A DNA stretch of 63,842 nucleotides, filler included, from Collodictyon triciliatum (Eukaryota): the NCBI GenBank assembly GCA_043381765.1. It is 33 parts of 33 records of this genome, joined end to end, with 100 filler letters (N's around TTAATTAATTAA, not from the genome) between each part and the next. Parts side by side here need not be neighbours in the genome. Positions count along the whole stretch, not along the records: positions 50,808 to 52,655 come from JBHJMP010010068.1; positions 52,756 to 54,603 come from JBHJMP010010069.1; positions 54,704 to 56,551 come from JBHJMP010010070.1; positions 56,652 to 58,499 come from JBHJMP010010071.1; positions 58,600 to 60,447 come from JBHJMP010010072.1; positions 60,548 to 62,398 come from JBHJMP010010073.1; positions 62,499 to 63,842 come from JBHJMP010010169.1; 26 more parts are not named here. One strand, 5' to 3'. Both the position numbers and the translations under genes were made by a program. Below are positions 50,708 to 63,842 of this stretch, in pieces. Each line of letters starts with the position of its first letter. Within the stretch, counting starts at the first letter, position 1. The notes beneath the pieces were generated by a model. That model was not told the DNA's origin. It searched no databases and saw only the letters and a list, made by a program, of their open reading frames with translations.

Positions 50708-52755
50708 NNNNNNNNNNNNNNNNNNNNNNNNNNNNNNNNNNNNNNNNNNNNTTAATTAATTAANNNNNNNNNNNNNNNNNNNNNNNNNNNNNNNNNNNNN
50801 NNNNNNNTTTTTTATTTTTTTGTATTTTGTTTTTGTATTTTGTTTTTGTATTTTGTTTTTGTATTTTGTTTTTGTATTTTGTTTTTGTATTTTGTTTTTT
50901 GTTTTTTGGATTTTGTTTTTTATTGGGTATTTGCTTACAGGGTCACAACGTAGGTGACATCTTCAGCGGTTTCCCCTTGTTAAAACGCTTGGGTAGGGCA
51001 GTTGCTCAGGCCAGAGCACAACATTTTCGCACCACGGCGACGATGGTTATGTCCTCATCCTCGAGTGCTAACGACCCCGAGCCGTTTTGAAACTCTAGCA
51101 AGGCAGATAACGCTTTCGGTCTTCAGTATGGTGCGTCTCGGGATTCAATCCCCCATAAGTTAAACACAAAGTTATAAGCATATGCCTTCTAGCTTTGGCG
51201 TCGCCCTTTCACCACATATCGTTGAAAATGTTAGAGTAACATGTATCGAAGGGAATAAACATATAGGAAGCCAAGTGATTCATTTTCGTTTAAGTTGTTT
51301 CTCACCTCACGCGTCGTGTAGGCGTGGTTTCGCATTTTCTGATTGCTCGATTGTTTTCTTTCACTCCAGCAAAAACAAATTCGCACACGTTACCTTCAAA
51401 AGCTGCATTTATAGATAGAAAAGTGTGCTGGCACTCACATTAAAGGTGGATGATGAGCCAAATAATAGAATGTTCATTCATTTTATTGGGTATACATCAG
51501 AAAGTTTGACGATTTTAAATCAGGAACAAGTGTTGGTGGATTGTGATAATAAAGGCATTTCATGCTTTAATAATCTCAATACACCCTTCCCCTTAAAACT
51601 ATTCGAGAAATAAAATCTATTCCAGTGATTTTGTTTTTAAAAAAAAACTTTTTTCGGATGTGAAGCAAAATATATTGTTTTCCATTATTTTCTTGAGGTT
51701 TCCAAATGCTACAATTTCCTGAACCATAGCCAGAGATTCCGTAGTATGGCAAGAAGAAATGAATCGAACAATATTGGGTTCATTTAAATTCTTGATTGAT
51801 TATCGAAGGCTGGATATTGAATAGCATCACATATTAAGTTATTCATGATGAACATCAAACCATCAGTCGCATATATAAATGTGGTTGGATGGAATTTTAT
51901 CGGTAGATTTCTTTTATTCTTCCTTTCAGTTTGTGAGTGATGGCGGAGGATATGTGATTTGTAGAGAAAAGACAGTGGTAATATCGGATAAAAAGAATTG
52001 AGTCGAGGCATAGATGGGAGATGATATTCTCACACACAGACTGTTCTACCCGAGGTGAATCACCTCCAACGCGATTTTTGGTTGTATTCGAGACTGACAG
52101 AAGAGCGGATAAGGTTGTCGGGTCGATGAAAGTACGCACATGGCAGTTACTTTGAAAATCGATTCCAACGAGTCCTTTCAACCATCCAACTCAGACAAGG
52201 TTTACATCCTATTTCATTCCACAGGATGAGTCTTTTGAGGGGACAACGGGTCACTTTCCTTGCGTTCCTTGCGTTCCTTGCTGGGAGACTCAGACAAAAA
52301 GCGATACATCGTTGTTTGTTTGGTATTCACGGAAGTGGCGCTTGACCGTCCCCTGGTTTCGGGAACCGTGCGTAGCCGGCAGTGGTCTTTGTTTAACCGG
52401 AGTATGGATATGCGTTTGTGGTTTTAGAAGCATAAGCTCCTGCTTGCTCGGACTGTTTTTGGTGTGTGGAGTTCCAAGCTTGGATTCTACTTGTGGTGTC
52501 TGCTCATGCTCCTTGGTTCCCGGTGCGACGGGCTGGGGCAGGGTAAACGGACTATTTTTGGTGGGCGCTGGTTCTTGTGTTGCCTTCGCTTTGGAGTATC
52601 CTTTCGGATAAGTAACGAAGACTGCCTTGAGGCCTCCTATGTTAACCATATTCACNNNNNNNNNNNNNNNNNNNNNNNNNNNNNNNNNNNNNNNNNNNNT
52701 TAATTAATTAANNNNNNNNNNNNNNNNNNNNNNNNNNNNNNNNNNNNNNNNNNNN

Positions 52756-52840
<85 letters not shown>

Positions 52841-53260
52841 TATGTGAATAAAAACTTATCGAGCTCAAGCCATCGACCCACTGATAGCAAGGGAACAGGA
52901 AACTACTAAAGAAAGGCCTGAAAGGCCTAAGGCTCTAGCCACCGACCCATGGGCAGCAAGATTAGTATGAATATAGTGCTCAGTATTATTTGCTCTGATT
53001 CATTCAGCCGTTTATTTTTTCTTCCCTTTTTTTCTTTTTCTTTTCTCATTCCCGTTGCGAATCACGAGTACTCTTGCCAATATTAAATAGGTATGCAACT
53101 TAATGGATATATCTGTAATATTCAACAATTTTACAAAGGATTCAATTAAAGGGATTAATTCTGTCTGTATTGGCACACAAGTGAAATTCTTGAATAATGA
53201 CTTATTAATCTTAAATATCTTCAAGTATTTCTTGAAATGAATGCACTTTTGACTTTTGAC

Positions 53261-53427
53261 TTTTTTCCCCTTTATTCGATTCAAAGTGCAGCAAGGTTAT
53301 GCCATAAAAAGGGGCGAGATAGGTGTGCATGGTAGAGAACAAACGCGAGTAAGGGAAGACACTACTGCGGAGGGGCTGGCACTGGAAAGAAATCAGTGAT
53401 AGCGAGTTGGTCAGGTGGGCGACCCAA
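53261..53427 (-). mobile_element. LINE family A 3' fragment
   Basis: Reverse complement of the family 3' UTR. Imperfect flanking repeat CACTTTTGACTT / CACTTTTTACTT. Confidence 0.88.
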
Positions 53428-54115
53428 TCCACTTTTTACTTAATATTCCCTCGTTTGCTGCCTTATCCATAAACTATTCTATATCATGATTTTATTTACT
53501 TTGTAACAGAAAAGGCACTAATTATATTATGATTTCCAAAGATATTTACATATCAAAGTTTAGAAAAGAGATAATAATTGTAATGAATCAAAAAATACAC
53601 GCATAAAATACTGAAATTAATTTTTAATCATTAAAACCTCTAACCATGATATCCAGCACTTGCAAAATATCATTTGGTACTTCAATCATATTTCCAGGAA
53701 TTTTATTAAATTTTTGGTCGGGAGGGTTTTTTTTTTCATAACTTTTTCTACGAATGTAGATGGTTTTTTTTTCAAAAGTACATTTATAAAAAAATCAATA
53801 TCCAGTTAGGTGATAGAAATGTCCCTTCTTAATATTAAATCATGATTTAAATTCCAAGCAGACTTTACCCAAATTTATGTTATAGGGATATCATTTTTAT
53901 TGCTCCTCTATGATAATCACCCGATAAAACCAAGCTTAAGGGATTCTTATGGTATTGAATCAGTATACATTATCTTATAATATGAATTTTTCAATGTTTT
54001 TGACTTTTATTATAATGTGAACAGTTGTAATGGAAACTAATGGAAAATATTAATAATGTTATTTTTATATTTAAAAAATTAATTTTAATGATAAAAAACA
54101 ATAAGGTCTGATAGA

Positions 54116-54137
54116 CTTTGAATCGAATAAAGGAAAA
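54116..54137 (+). mobile_element. LINE family A minimal 3' tip
   Basis: ACTTTGAATCGAATAAAGGAAAA. Confidence 0.65.
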
Positions 54138-54530
54138 TATAGGAAGGGTTTGATGAATTTTCCATCATTTTTTTTTCAAAAGTTTCAGTTCATGAATCAA
54201 AGAAGTAAATTTACATGGACGTTTAATTTATATATTCTCATAGATGAAGTACTATTCAAAACTTACTAATGATTCAGTTGTTAGGATATTTATGAGATTA
54301 TCTTGTAAAATTGACATTTTTTGTAATATTCATCTGAATTTTTTTTATTCCTGTCAACACAAATAAGGCCTCTTCAAGTATATTGCATTTCAATTTTTTT
54401 TTGTGATCATATCACTCGATTTCTGATTATTTTTGAAATATCAGTAGATAAATAATCGAATTCTAATATAAGCTATACGACACGTGTTATTAATTAAATC
54501 CGTATCATTTGTTCAAACTTTTTTTTTGGG

Positions 54531-54603
<73 letters not shown>

Positions 54604-56064
54604 NNNNNNNNNNNNNNNNNNNNNNNNNNNNNNNNNNNNNNNNNNNNTTAATTAATTAANNNNNNNNNNNNNNNNNNNNNNNNNNNNNNNNNNNNNNNNN
54701 NNNTTTATTTTATTTTATTTTATTTTATTTTATTTTATTTTATTTTATTTTATTTTATTTTATTTTATTTTATTTTATTTTATTTTATTTTATTTTATTC
54801 TTCCTTTCAATTTGTGCAAGATGGTGGAAGTATTGGCTTTGATTTGTTGGCCATCGATTTTGTTTCTCTTTTATACTTATAATTTGATATTGGAAGGTCA
54901 TAAGTCCTATTATTGTATATTTAAAAGAAAATCTATATAAAAATTCCCCACCAAAAGGGGTATTCCATTCGCCTCTGATACAGTAGCGATGATTTGGTTC
55001 ATGAGCTGACTGGATATAAAATTATGCATTAATATGCCCCCAATTTCAAAAGCCTTTGATTCGCCTCTTATTTCATCTACTTATTTTTGTGAAAAAAAAT
55101 TCATATGGCCTTTTTGATCAATTGGAATGCTTACATGAATGCATATTGAATGAAATATCCTATATATTTTGATTCAAGAACGACCACATTTCCGAGAGAA
55201 ACAGGATATTTTCCTTGTGGATTAGATATTTGTTCGACAACTGCATAAAAATATTATTCCATGATTAGTCTGCGCATATAATCAGCTTTATGATACCTTT
55301 TATCATATGATCAGTTTTATAAATCTTATTAATATAATTTGGACCAAAAAATTAAGAGAAAAATGCACCACGGTGTGTTTCTTTTTTAATTGAACTCTTT
55401 CTTTCAATTTCTACAAAAGACGGGGAGGTTATATGACTGTTTCAGTTGAAATAGGTATTAAGGGAGGGGGAAAAACCTGTAAAGTTAAACTGAATCCTCA
55501 AGTTCTGAATAACCGAAGAAATTAATGTCGTATTGATATTTCCTCCCCCAAGCGTGGCGTTGAAACCAGTGTTATTAAGACCAGGAACTGGTATAAGAAA
55601 AAATCAGATCAGATAATAGCAATTAAGACCATTAAGATGGCAAGTGTTGAGGTTTTCTGTAAGAAGTAATATCGATTCTTTAAAAATAACAATTATGTGC
55701 GGAAAGATTAAAGTGGTGAGAATGAGAAGATAGCGAACCAATCTCAACACCTCTCATTTTGTACCAATGGAAAGGAATAATTAAAGAAAAATGATGACAA
55801 TTACAATTACAATGACAATGACAATGACAATGACAATGACAATGACAATGACAATGACAATGACAATGACAATGACAATGACAATGACAATGACAATGAC
55901 AATGATAATAACAATGACAATAACAATAACAATAACAATAACAATTACAATGTAAATGAAATTGATAATGATAATAAAATTATATAATAGACATAAAAAT
56001 AAATATAAAATAAGGAAAAAATCCGCAGCAAGGATGCCTAAAGTAATATTTTTTTCCACTTTAC

Positions 56065-56365
56065 CTCAGTCTCCTTCTCTTCAGCTATGTCCCACAATTT
56101 TGAGGCAAAAACCGTAGGATACAATGGGTTACCTCCCTGTTTTTGGTAAAGATATGCTTCGCGTTGAGTCATGGCTTTTTTTCTTATCTAAAGCAATAAA
56201 AAAGTTTTTCTAAATGAGAACAATTCAGTAAAACTATGCAATTAAATAAATGAGATGAAAAAAATCAGAGCCTAGTACGCATCAAAATGACAGGTTCTGG
56301 CAGGCTGAGACCCAGTCAGCGAAAGATAGGGGACTTTGTCTTTGTCGACGCAAAACCAGCTGTCC
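56065..56365 (-). CDS. Two exons of an unknown gene
   Basis: DSWFCVDKDKVPYLSLTGSQPARTCHFDA | KKAMTQREAYLYQKQGGNPLYPTVFASKLWDIAEEKETE with GT-AG ends. Confidence 0.35.
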
Positions 56366-59300
56366 TGACAGAACCACAGATCATATCATAGATCACGTCG
56401 AAGGAGAAATAGCAAAAGAAAAAGTATAACTATTAATCAAATGTGGAATTTATTTAGACATCACGATTTATTGCTCAGGATTATTTTTATGGTCAAATGG
56501 AAATAATTTCGGGCATTAGAATAATCGAATGTATATCTGAAGATGCAATCANNNNNNNNNNNNNNNNNNNNNNNNNNNNNNNNNNNNNNNNNNNNTTAAT
56601 TAATTAANNNNNNNNNNNNNNNNNNNNNNNNNNNNNNNNNNNNNNNNNNNNTCTGCTCATTCACTGAAGCTGGTAAAGGTGTACATGTTGTATAGCACTG
56701 AGGAGCAGCAATCCATTTTCGAACTTTTCTATCTCTCTGTTCCCTTTGTGGTGTCGTTACCTTGATAATTTAATCATGTGTACTCGATTGAGATTTCATT
56801 ATTTAAGCTGTTGAATTTCAAAAGAACATAAGGTGATCAACTATCCAAATTAAATTCAAACCCTGTCGATAAATATGCACGACCGAATCAAAACGACTGT
56901 TCCTTTTTCATCTTCCTTTGCAAGTCCTTCAAAATATGTGGAAAAGTTGGTGGAAGCCAAAATTAAAAACTCATGATTTAGGTGGATAAAATATTATTAC
57001 AAGTGATTTTTACTGGTAATTAATTCGATGAAAGAAAAGCAAATAAAGCAATGATTGACAAGGTGTGGAGAGAATAGGAAACTAGCATTTACCATCAAAC
57101 AAGAAAGGGATATTGTGTTTTTGGCAAAGGGTCTTGGCTAGATGGTATCTTTCTTTTGAAGTTTTCTTTATGTTTTATTGTGTTGCTTAGTTGATATTTG
57201 AGATCAAATAGATAGACTAAAAAGTTAGTGATCAAATAAATTTGGTTATTACGCCAAAGTCAATCTTCATCTTAAGGCTGCTTTGAATCAAAATCCAGAT
57301 AATTAATCCGATTATGTCTGCTAGTCGACAATTTTATTGAATAGATGAGAGGTATAAAAAAAAAATCACTGCGATTCATACTTTGTTATAAAGTTTAGCA
57401 GGATAAGTCGAAACCTTGGAAGTTAGCAGTCTTCGCTCTGTGTTGTTCTTCTGCATCAATATCTGAGTTTTCGACAGTTCATTTTCGCAATGAATCCTGA
57501 TTTTCTCTTACGAATGTCAAGTCTTCGATTGGTCTTTGGCTACATATTGTTCCAAAAAAAAAAGCAATAGTATTCTAGAAATCTGACCAATAGTTTACGT
57601 TTGTTTGCGGTAAAGAAAAAAAAACAAGAAACGAAAATATGAATCATATTTTGAGTTAACATGCAATTTGAAATTGAAAAACTGTGCCTGCTTAACATAT
57701 AATGCGTCAAAAAACAAAACAAATTTATGTAATCAACAACAAAAACCCTACGCCGATAGTCGTGTGTGATAGTTGGGTATCGCTTTGTCTGAAGTTATTT
57801 CAACCAGCATTATAAGAAAGAAGCAGTCCTCCATGTCAGAATCTACATTTGCGGCTGCGAGCTCTACCTTACCTAACTGGTAATTGCTCCATTCTAAAAA
57901 AGCCTATCATGTGTTCAAGCTAGTTTAATAAATTAGATCACGGATACTGGGTTTGTATCAGAGCCCCTAGTAGGGCAAGCAAGAATGTTCCGCCTTCTTT
58001 GAAATCCCTTTGTAGAAGAATATTCTATTGACATGATAATTTCAAGCATAGAATAAAAAAAAAAAAANNNNNNNNNNNNNNNNNNNNNNNNNNNNNNNNN
58101 NNNNNNNNNNNNNNNNNNNNNNNNNNNNNNNNNNNNNNNNNNAACTAATTGAAAGAAATCACCTCTTTGATTTCATCCTTCTCACTCGATTGCAAGGGAG
58201 CTTCTTTCTTGGCCTTCCTGGAACTGCCAAAAAGACGCATCGGCAGCACCTCGTTTCCCCCTCTCTTTCTTATGCCAATAACTGCAAATAGCACATTCGA
58301 TTATTTTCATATTGGATAGAGGAAAAATTAAATGAAAAAAAAATAAAACATGAATTAATGGAAAAGAGAAAGTAAATGAAAAATGAAAAATGAAAAATGA
58401 AAGATAAAAGATGAAAAAGAATAAATGAAAGAAGAAAAAGAAAATAAAAATAGATTAATGAAAAGGAAAAGGAAAAAGGAAAAAGAGAAAGAATGAGAAN
58501 NNNNNNNNNNNNNNNNNNNNNNNNNNNNNNNNNNNNNNNNNNNTTAATTAATTAANNNNNNNNNNNNNNNNNNNNNNNNNNNNNNNNNNNNNNNNNNNNT
58601 TTATTTCTTTCTTTAACATATATATAAATATATAAATATATAAATATATAAATATATAAATATATAAATATATAAATATATAAATATATAAATATATAAA
58701 TATATAAATATATAAATATATAAATATTAAGTTCACATCAAATGAAGATGAATTTGTGACAATATTATAGCGCGGGGGTCTAAGGTCGAAAAGCACACCC
58801 CCTATTATGTCAGCACCCTACGACACAGCGCCACCAGAGCCAAAAGAAGCCCCATCAAATCTATCTGGGGATTCACGAGTATAGTCAGAAATTCAAACAG
58901 AAAAGACAATACACTGATTTTATTATCCTGGCAGCCAAAATGTTGGGGTTCACTGTTATCAACTATGCATCTAAAAACAACCGAACAAATAATTCCATAT
59001 GGTAAAGAATGAAATTGTAAACCAAACGTCTAACATTACAAATCAAACAAAAAATAGAGCTTTTCGAGATTAATCAGTGTTGGCAATACATCTTCGGTAC
59101 ACGAAGCGCTGCACTATAGCATCCCTGAGAGTAGGAATTCCAAAACAAATTCTGTTTTCATTCCATCTCCTATGCAGTATATGTAGAGATTATGGCGATA
59201 AAAAAAACACACTCGATTTTCATTCGCTTGTAAGAAGTGCTCTTGGTCGTACAATTATTCGTAGTGCCAAATCGATCAAGTTGAAATAAAAGGCACAATC

Positions 59301-59375
59301 GCAATGACTAATCTATTGATCAATCGTATGAAAGCCTCTACGTTTACTGTACGTTATTTTCTTTATTGACTACAG

Positions 59376-60136
59376 AAGACCTCCCAACATCCATCAAAGG
59401 AACAACCGAGCTCGACAAAGAATCCAGAATAACCCGAAACGAGGTTTGTGCCGCATGATAAAAGAAGCAGAAAGATTACCTCGGATATGTCGCTGCTATC
59501 TCGAGCATCATCACCCCGCTGGCGTTTCATATTTCTTGAAAGAATTAATTCAGTCATCAACTTCGTTCCGATTTCTTTTTCCTTCTGCAGGCGCGCCTCA
59601 CCCGCATGCGAGAAAGCCACGCCAAGGCCGAGCGCTGTGCTTTGGAGCTAGAAATGAAAGTACAGTGCATCCACCCATCGCCCGTGTTCGCTCCTGCTGC
59701 TCACAAAGGCCTACATTTAATCGCGACGTTTTGTTACGCCCACAGAACGAGGACAGAATCAACGCCCGCATCGACGCTTTTAAGTGCCAGAGTGACAGCT
59801 ACAACAACACCTTTGCGGGAATCAACAACAAGCCGCTGCCACGGCGAGGCTTTCTATTCGAAGCCGGACACAGAGAGATGTGCCACAGGAATGAAGAAAT
59901 TTATGCCGTGAGTATTTCAGTCTGATGCACATTCCGCGCCTGCCCTAAAGCCCTGAAAATGTGCCCAGAGCAACCCAGTGCCAGGAAGTACGAAGCATCA
60001 CAACCCTACAAAACAAGGTGAGACGCCCGTAACTTTGCCAACCGCTTCCAAGGCATTACGTTCGTAACTCGTCTTTTCAACTTATCGTATAGAGGCCAAA
60101 ATCCACACCTTTCTGAGGGCTATTGCAAACTCTTGA
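59376..60136 (+). CDS. Multi-exon hypothetical protein, 3' part, converging on RPL31
   Basis: Phase-compatible exons DLPTSIKG..RNE | ARLTRMRESHAKAERCALELEMK | NEDRINARIDAF..IYA | SNPVPG..KQ | EAKIHTFLRAIANS*. Confidence 0.5.
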
Positions 60137-60355
60137 CGCTGTGAATCATGGCTCGGTGGTTCGCTGGTGACGTTCCGGGATGAGATTATTGTAAGCTTGA
60201 CTATGAGTAGCTAGAAAGGTGCACTTGGCGTGAATAAACTATCGCCTCTAGAAGTGTGGCCGGGATGCACCGTCTGGAGAGCTGACATTAGGGGTATACA
60301 GGACATGGGTATACGAAGGTTTTGAGTTACGTTCTAGACAAAGCTGGAATATGGT

Positions 60356-60447
60356 TTATTCCGCGACGTTGGCAGCGCCAAGACCCTTGAAGGACTCGAC
60401 CGGGACGTGGCTGACGAGCGTGTAGAACTTCTCCTTGGCATCTTCGT
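60356..60447 (-). CDS. RPL31: 60S ribosomal protein eL31, C-terminus
   Basis: EDAKEKFYTLVSHVPVESFKGLGAANVAE* matches the eL31 terminus EDAKE.LYTLV..VPV..FKGL. Confidence 0.85.
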
Positions 60448-60547
60448 NNNNNNNNNNNNNNNNNNNNNNNNNNNNNNNNNNNNNNNNNNNNTTAATTAAT
60501 TAANNNNNNNNNNNNNNNNNNNNNNNNNNNNNNNNNNNNNNNNNNNN

Positions 60548-60780
60548 CAATAACCCAATAACCCAATAACCCAATAACCCAATAACCCAATAACCCAATA
60601 ACCCAATAACCCAATAACCCAATAACCCAATAACCCAATAACCCAATAACCCAATAACTCAATAACTCAATAACTCAATAACTCAATAACTCAATAACTC
60701 AATAACTCAATAACCCAATAACTCAATAACTCAATAACCCAATAACTTAATAACTCAATAACCCAATAACCCAAAACTCA
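60548..60780. repeat. (CCCAATAA)n octamer array grading into (CTCAATAA)n
   Basis: Perfect units at the contig start and variant units inward. The reverse strand reads TTATTGGG. Confidence 0.9.
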
Positions 60781-62664
60781 AACTAATATAAAAAACCAGC
60801 GTTTAAACACCGAATTTTTTTTTTTTAAAAAAATGAAGAGAATATTCGCATAACGCAAGACTATTCAGAAAATAAACGGCACTTTACAAACATGAATATA
60901 CACAAGAGTAGAACCATTTAATTTTAGTCCAATACAGGCATATAATTCACTGAGGAAATTAAGATAAATAGTTATGAATACATTTAGCGTGCTGATTGTT
61001 AAAAAAAAAAAAAAAGAAGAGAAAACTGTTATTTGTCTAATATTTAATTGCTACTCAGTCATTTTCTATGCTATTTTTTTTTTTTTTAGCTTTTTACATA
61101 AAAAGTGAACATTTTCTTTTCACCTTTTTTTTTTTTTTACTCCCGAAGCAAATAGAAATTCTCGCCAGAAAAATTCTGATTTTTATGTTTGCAGATTTTA
61201 TTATTAACATTATTATACCGTTATATTTCTCTACAGGTTATTCTAAAGTTCTCCAGTCTTCTCTATGAGGCCAAAGGAACAGGAAATCCTAATCGATCAC
61301 CAAAAGGTCTCTAATTCTCAAAATATTATCTTCATTCGGTCATGATGGTCTTGTACTTTGCACCAAATTGTATCCCTTTTTTTATGGTATAAAAAATTGA
61401 TTTGAGGGATTAGTTTAGAATTATAGAGTATACAGTCTTCACTCAAGCCAATATACATAGAAACATACGCGGAAGTTATTCTAGACTATGTTATATTTAT
61501 TTGATTCAATTACTCTTTCGGGTAATTTTCAACGGGTGTAATTTTTTTATTATTAAAAAAAAAAAGGCGAACTACCATTCGGCTATTATGGAGATAAAGT
61601 TTTATCTGATTTTATGGAGATACTCGATGCAATTCACCAACAAGTAATGTTTTCTGGCGCATTTTTATATGTTCTTTTTCGTAAAACATATTACAATTTA
61701 ACATATTTATTTCACTACGAATTGACATAGGATATCCTCGATACATAAAGATATATCACAATTAATACCTATTACTGTAATCACAATACAAAAAAAAACT
61801 GAAACAAATATTTATAGTTTCATTTCTCCAAATAATCTTGTTCTATAAACTAGCCGTCTCATATAGATTCTCACTTATCACCAAACAATATTGGACTCTT
61901 GAAAGTGTTCACCAGTTCACTCTTTCTACAGTTTCATCCTTTATACGTAAGGAAATCATGTATCTTTTTGGTGTGGACTCCATGGATCCCCTATACCCAT
62001 ATTCAATAAAAGTATTCGATAAAAGCTATTTGAAAAATTTCCTTATCTTTTTCTGGGATCCCATTCTCCTGTTTGCTCGAATAAAAAATCATCATAATTA
62101 AAAACAAACAATAAGAATATATGCAGAAATAATGAAAGAACTACATTGTTCCGTATTTTCTTTGCGTTAAATTTATCAGCCATAATACATAGGTTTATTC
62201 TATTTGGGTGGATAATGACACTTTTAGCAGCTTTACATATGGACATGTCAAGGCACTGCATCCATTCCCTCTGAGTATTATTCTTCCAAGATTAGAGCGT
62301 TCCCGCGTCAGAGCCAATATGGATTTGATTGGCATCACAGATAACGCTATCGTAAGTTAATAGTTAATTCTAAACTCATAAATACTTTCTTTCTGCCCNN
62401 NNNNNNNNNNNNNNNNNNNNNNNNNNNNNNNNNNNNNNNNNNTTAATTAATTAANNNNNNNNNNNNNNNNNNNNNNNNNNNNNNNNNNNNNNNNNNNNCT
62501 TTGTTTGTTTGTTAGTTTGTTTGTTTGTTTGTTTGTTTGTTTGTTTGTTTGTTTGTTTGTTTGTTTGTTTGTTTGTTTGTTTGTTTGTTTGTTTGTTTGT
62601 TTGTTTGTTCGTTTTAAGGTGCATTCATGATGAAAACTTCAACATGATTCTAATTGGTGCCTAC

Positions 62665-63777
62665 ATTACGCTTAGAATGAGGAACAGGAAGAAGATGATA
62701 GCGCGGGCGATTTTGAGATTTAAAGTCCCATGCCTTGATCAGAGAGTCTCGACTATTGATAAATTAAAAATAACATTTTATACTGGTGACATTTGTTACT
62801 CCATTCAATATGTAGTGGTTTGACTAGATTCGAATTGGAAGTACGCAGTAGAAGGTTAAATTTAGAAAAAAAGGTATACCTTATGGTAATATAAAGTTCC
62901 ATCTCATTGATTATTAGCACTCGGTCAATCACACCAGAGTGAGTAAATGACTCATTCGGCAGCGTAGCCGTAAGATAATGCAACTGAGCATTAAAATAAG
63001 GTATGTCATTGTTAATTTGTTTTTAATATTTATTTGGTAAATAAGCGAACACAAATAGAGGCTAAAGATAGCATTTCTCCTTGAGAAGTTTTGACATTAT
63101 AGCTGGTAATCATAGAATATAAAAATCTAACAAAATCAAGTGAATCCTAAAAGTATAACAATGATGCATACAAATGAGATACAGATATAATGGGAAAAAA
63201 TCCAAAAAGGAAGCCAAAAATATTACATTTGTAAATAAAAAAAAAGTTGTGATGTGCTTGACAAAACTAGAAAATAAAAATAGAGAACACATTCAAACGA
63301 AAGGAGTATGGAAATGATAGAAAATTTATTATCGATAATATGCGACTGAATTTAACCTGACGGGCAGATATGTCTGCTACCCCTGTTTTGTATTTATTGT
63401 AAAGGAAGGTGACAAAGTTGCTGTATGTGGTGGTTCCTTTATTTTCAGCATCCACAGCGTGAAAAGTCCGTATAAGTTCAGAAAATGGAACCAATAACGC
63501 ACTCGCCAAAGAAAAGATGAACTACGAAATGTAATTAGCTGAAAGTAGACAAGGTCCATATCGATTGACTGAAATTTTTTTTTTTAAAAAAATAATTATT
63601 GAATGGGAACCTTGTCTTCAAAAAATGGAAAAAAATCAGAGCATAGCATCGATCGGATAATGTAGAGATAAGGCAGAATGAATATGTACTTGGAGAAGGT
63701 TCACAGTTCCTTCTGCATTTCTTTTGTGGAATTCATTGCTGATGTTATGGAGGTCTTTAATTGTGATCATGTCAAGC
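62665..63777 (-). CDS. EF-hand-like plus WD40 protein (WDR49/EFCAB8/WDR64-like), multi-exon fragment
   Basis: ELIRTFHAVDAENKGTTTYSNFVTFL | ..HSGVIDRVLII..LYITIS | RDSLIKAWD. Confidence 0.6.
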
Positions 63778-63799
63778 CTGTATGGATGGCAGGATCGTC

Positions 63800-63841
<42 letters not shown>

Positions 63842-63842
63842 C

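Noticed and set aside
51897-52655. Pro/Thr-rich minus-strand ORF as a retroelement ORF1
   Set aside because: No zinc knuckle or other diagnostic motif, so it is left uncalled.
52860-52965. Short imperfect direct repeats with CTGATAG..GAAA as a hammerhead ribozyme
   Set aside because: The core does not match CUGANGA and no supporting stems were found.

Overview
This window is not a continuous locus. It is 33 unrelated short contigs (about 1.85 kb each, roughly descending in size, the last one cut by the window edge) joined by an artificial 100-nt spacer, N44-TTAATTAATTAA-N44. Neighbourhood across spacers therefore carries no information. The source is an intron-rich, microsatellite-rich microbial eukaryote using the standard genetic code, probably a flagellated protist and possibly a mixed sample. 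Recognisable spliced gene fragments are SPG11/spatacsin, INTS7, TFIIF-beta, ARL1, PTH2, SARAF, RPL31, an SLC6 transporter, a SET protein, two PH proteins, a Kelch-CUB protein, an EF-hand/WD40 protein and a signal-peptide WD40 protein with a (QS)n tract. Intronless fragments are a NACHT-pentapeptide NLR-like protein, a tandem Ig/cadherin-like protein and a multi-pass membrane domain. Mobile and repeat DNA includes many 5'-truncated copies of an L1/Tx1-like LINE (three with perfect TSDs), a second divergent LINE subfamily, a ~270-bp satellite, and kinase and MATE pseudogenes. The strongest leads are a decayed Fanzor (eukaryotic TnpB-like RNA-guided nuclease) gene at 45734-46809, a clear U12-type AT-AC intron in SPG11 (43377-43526) and the NACHT-pentapeptide protein. 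All family calls come from recognising motifs by eye; no searches were run.
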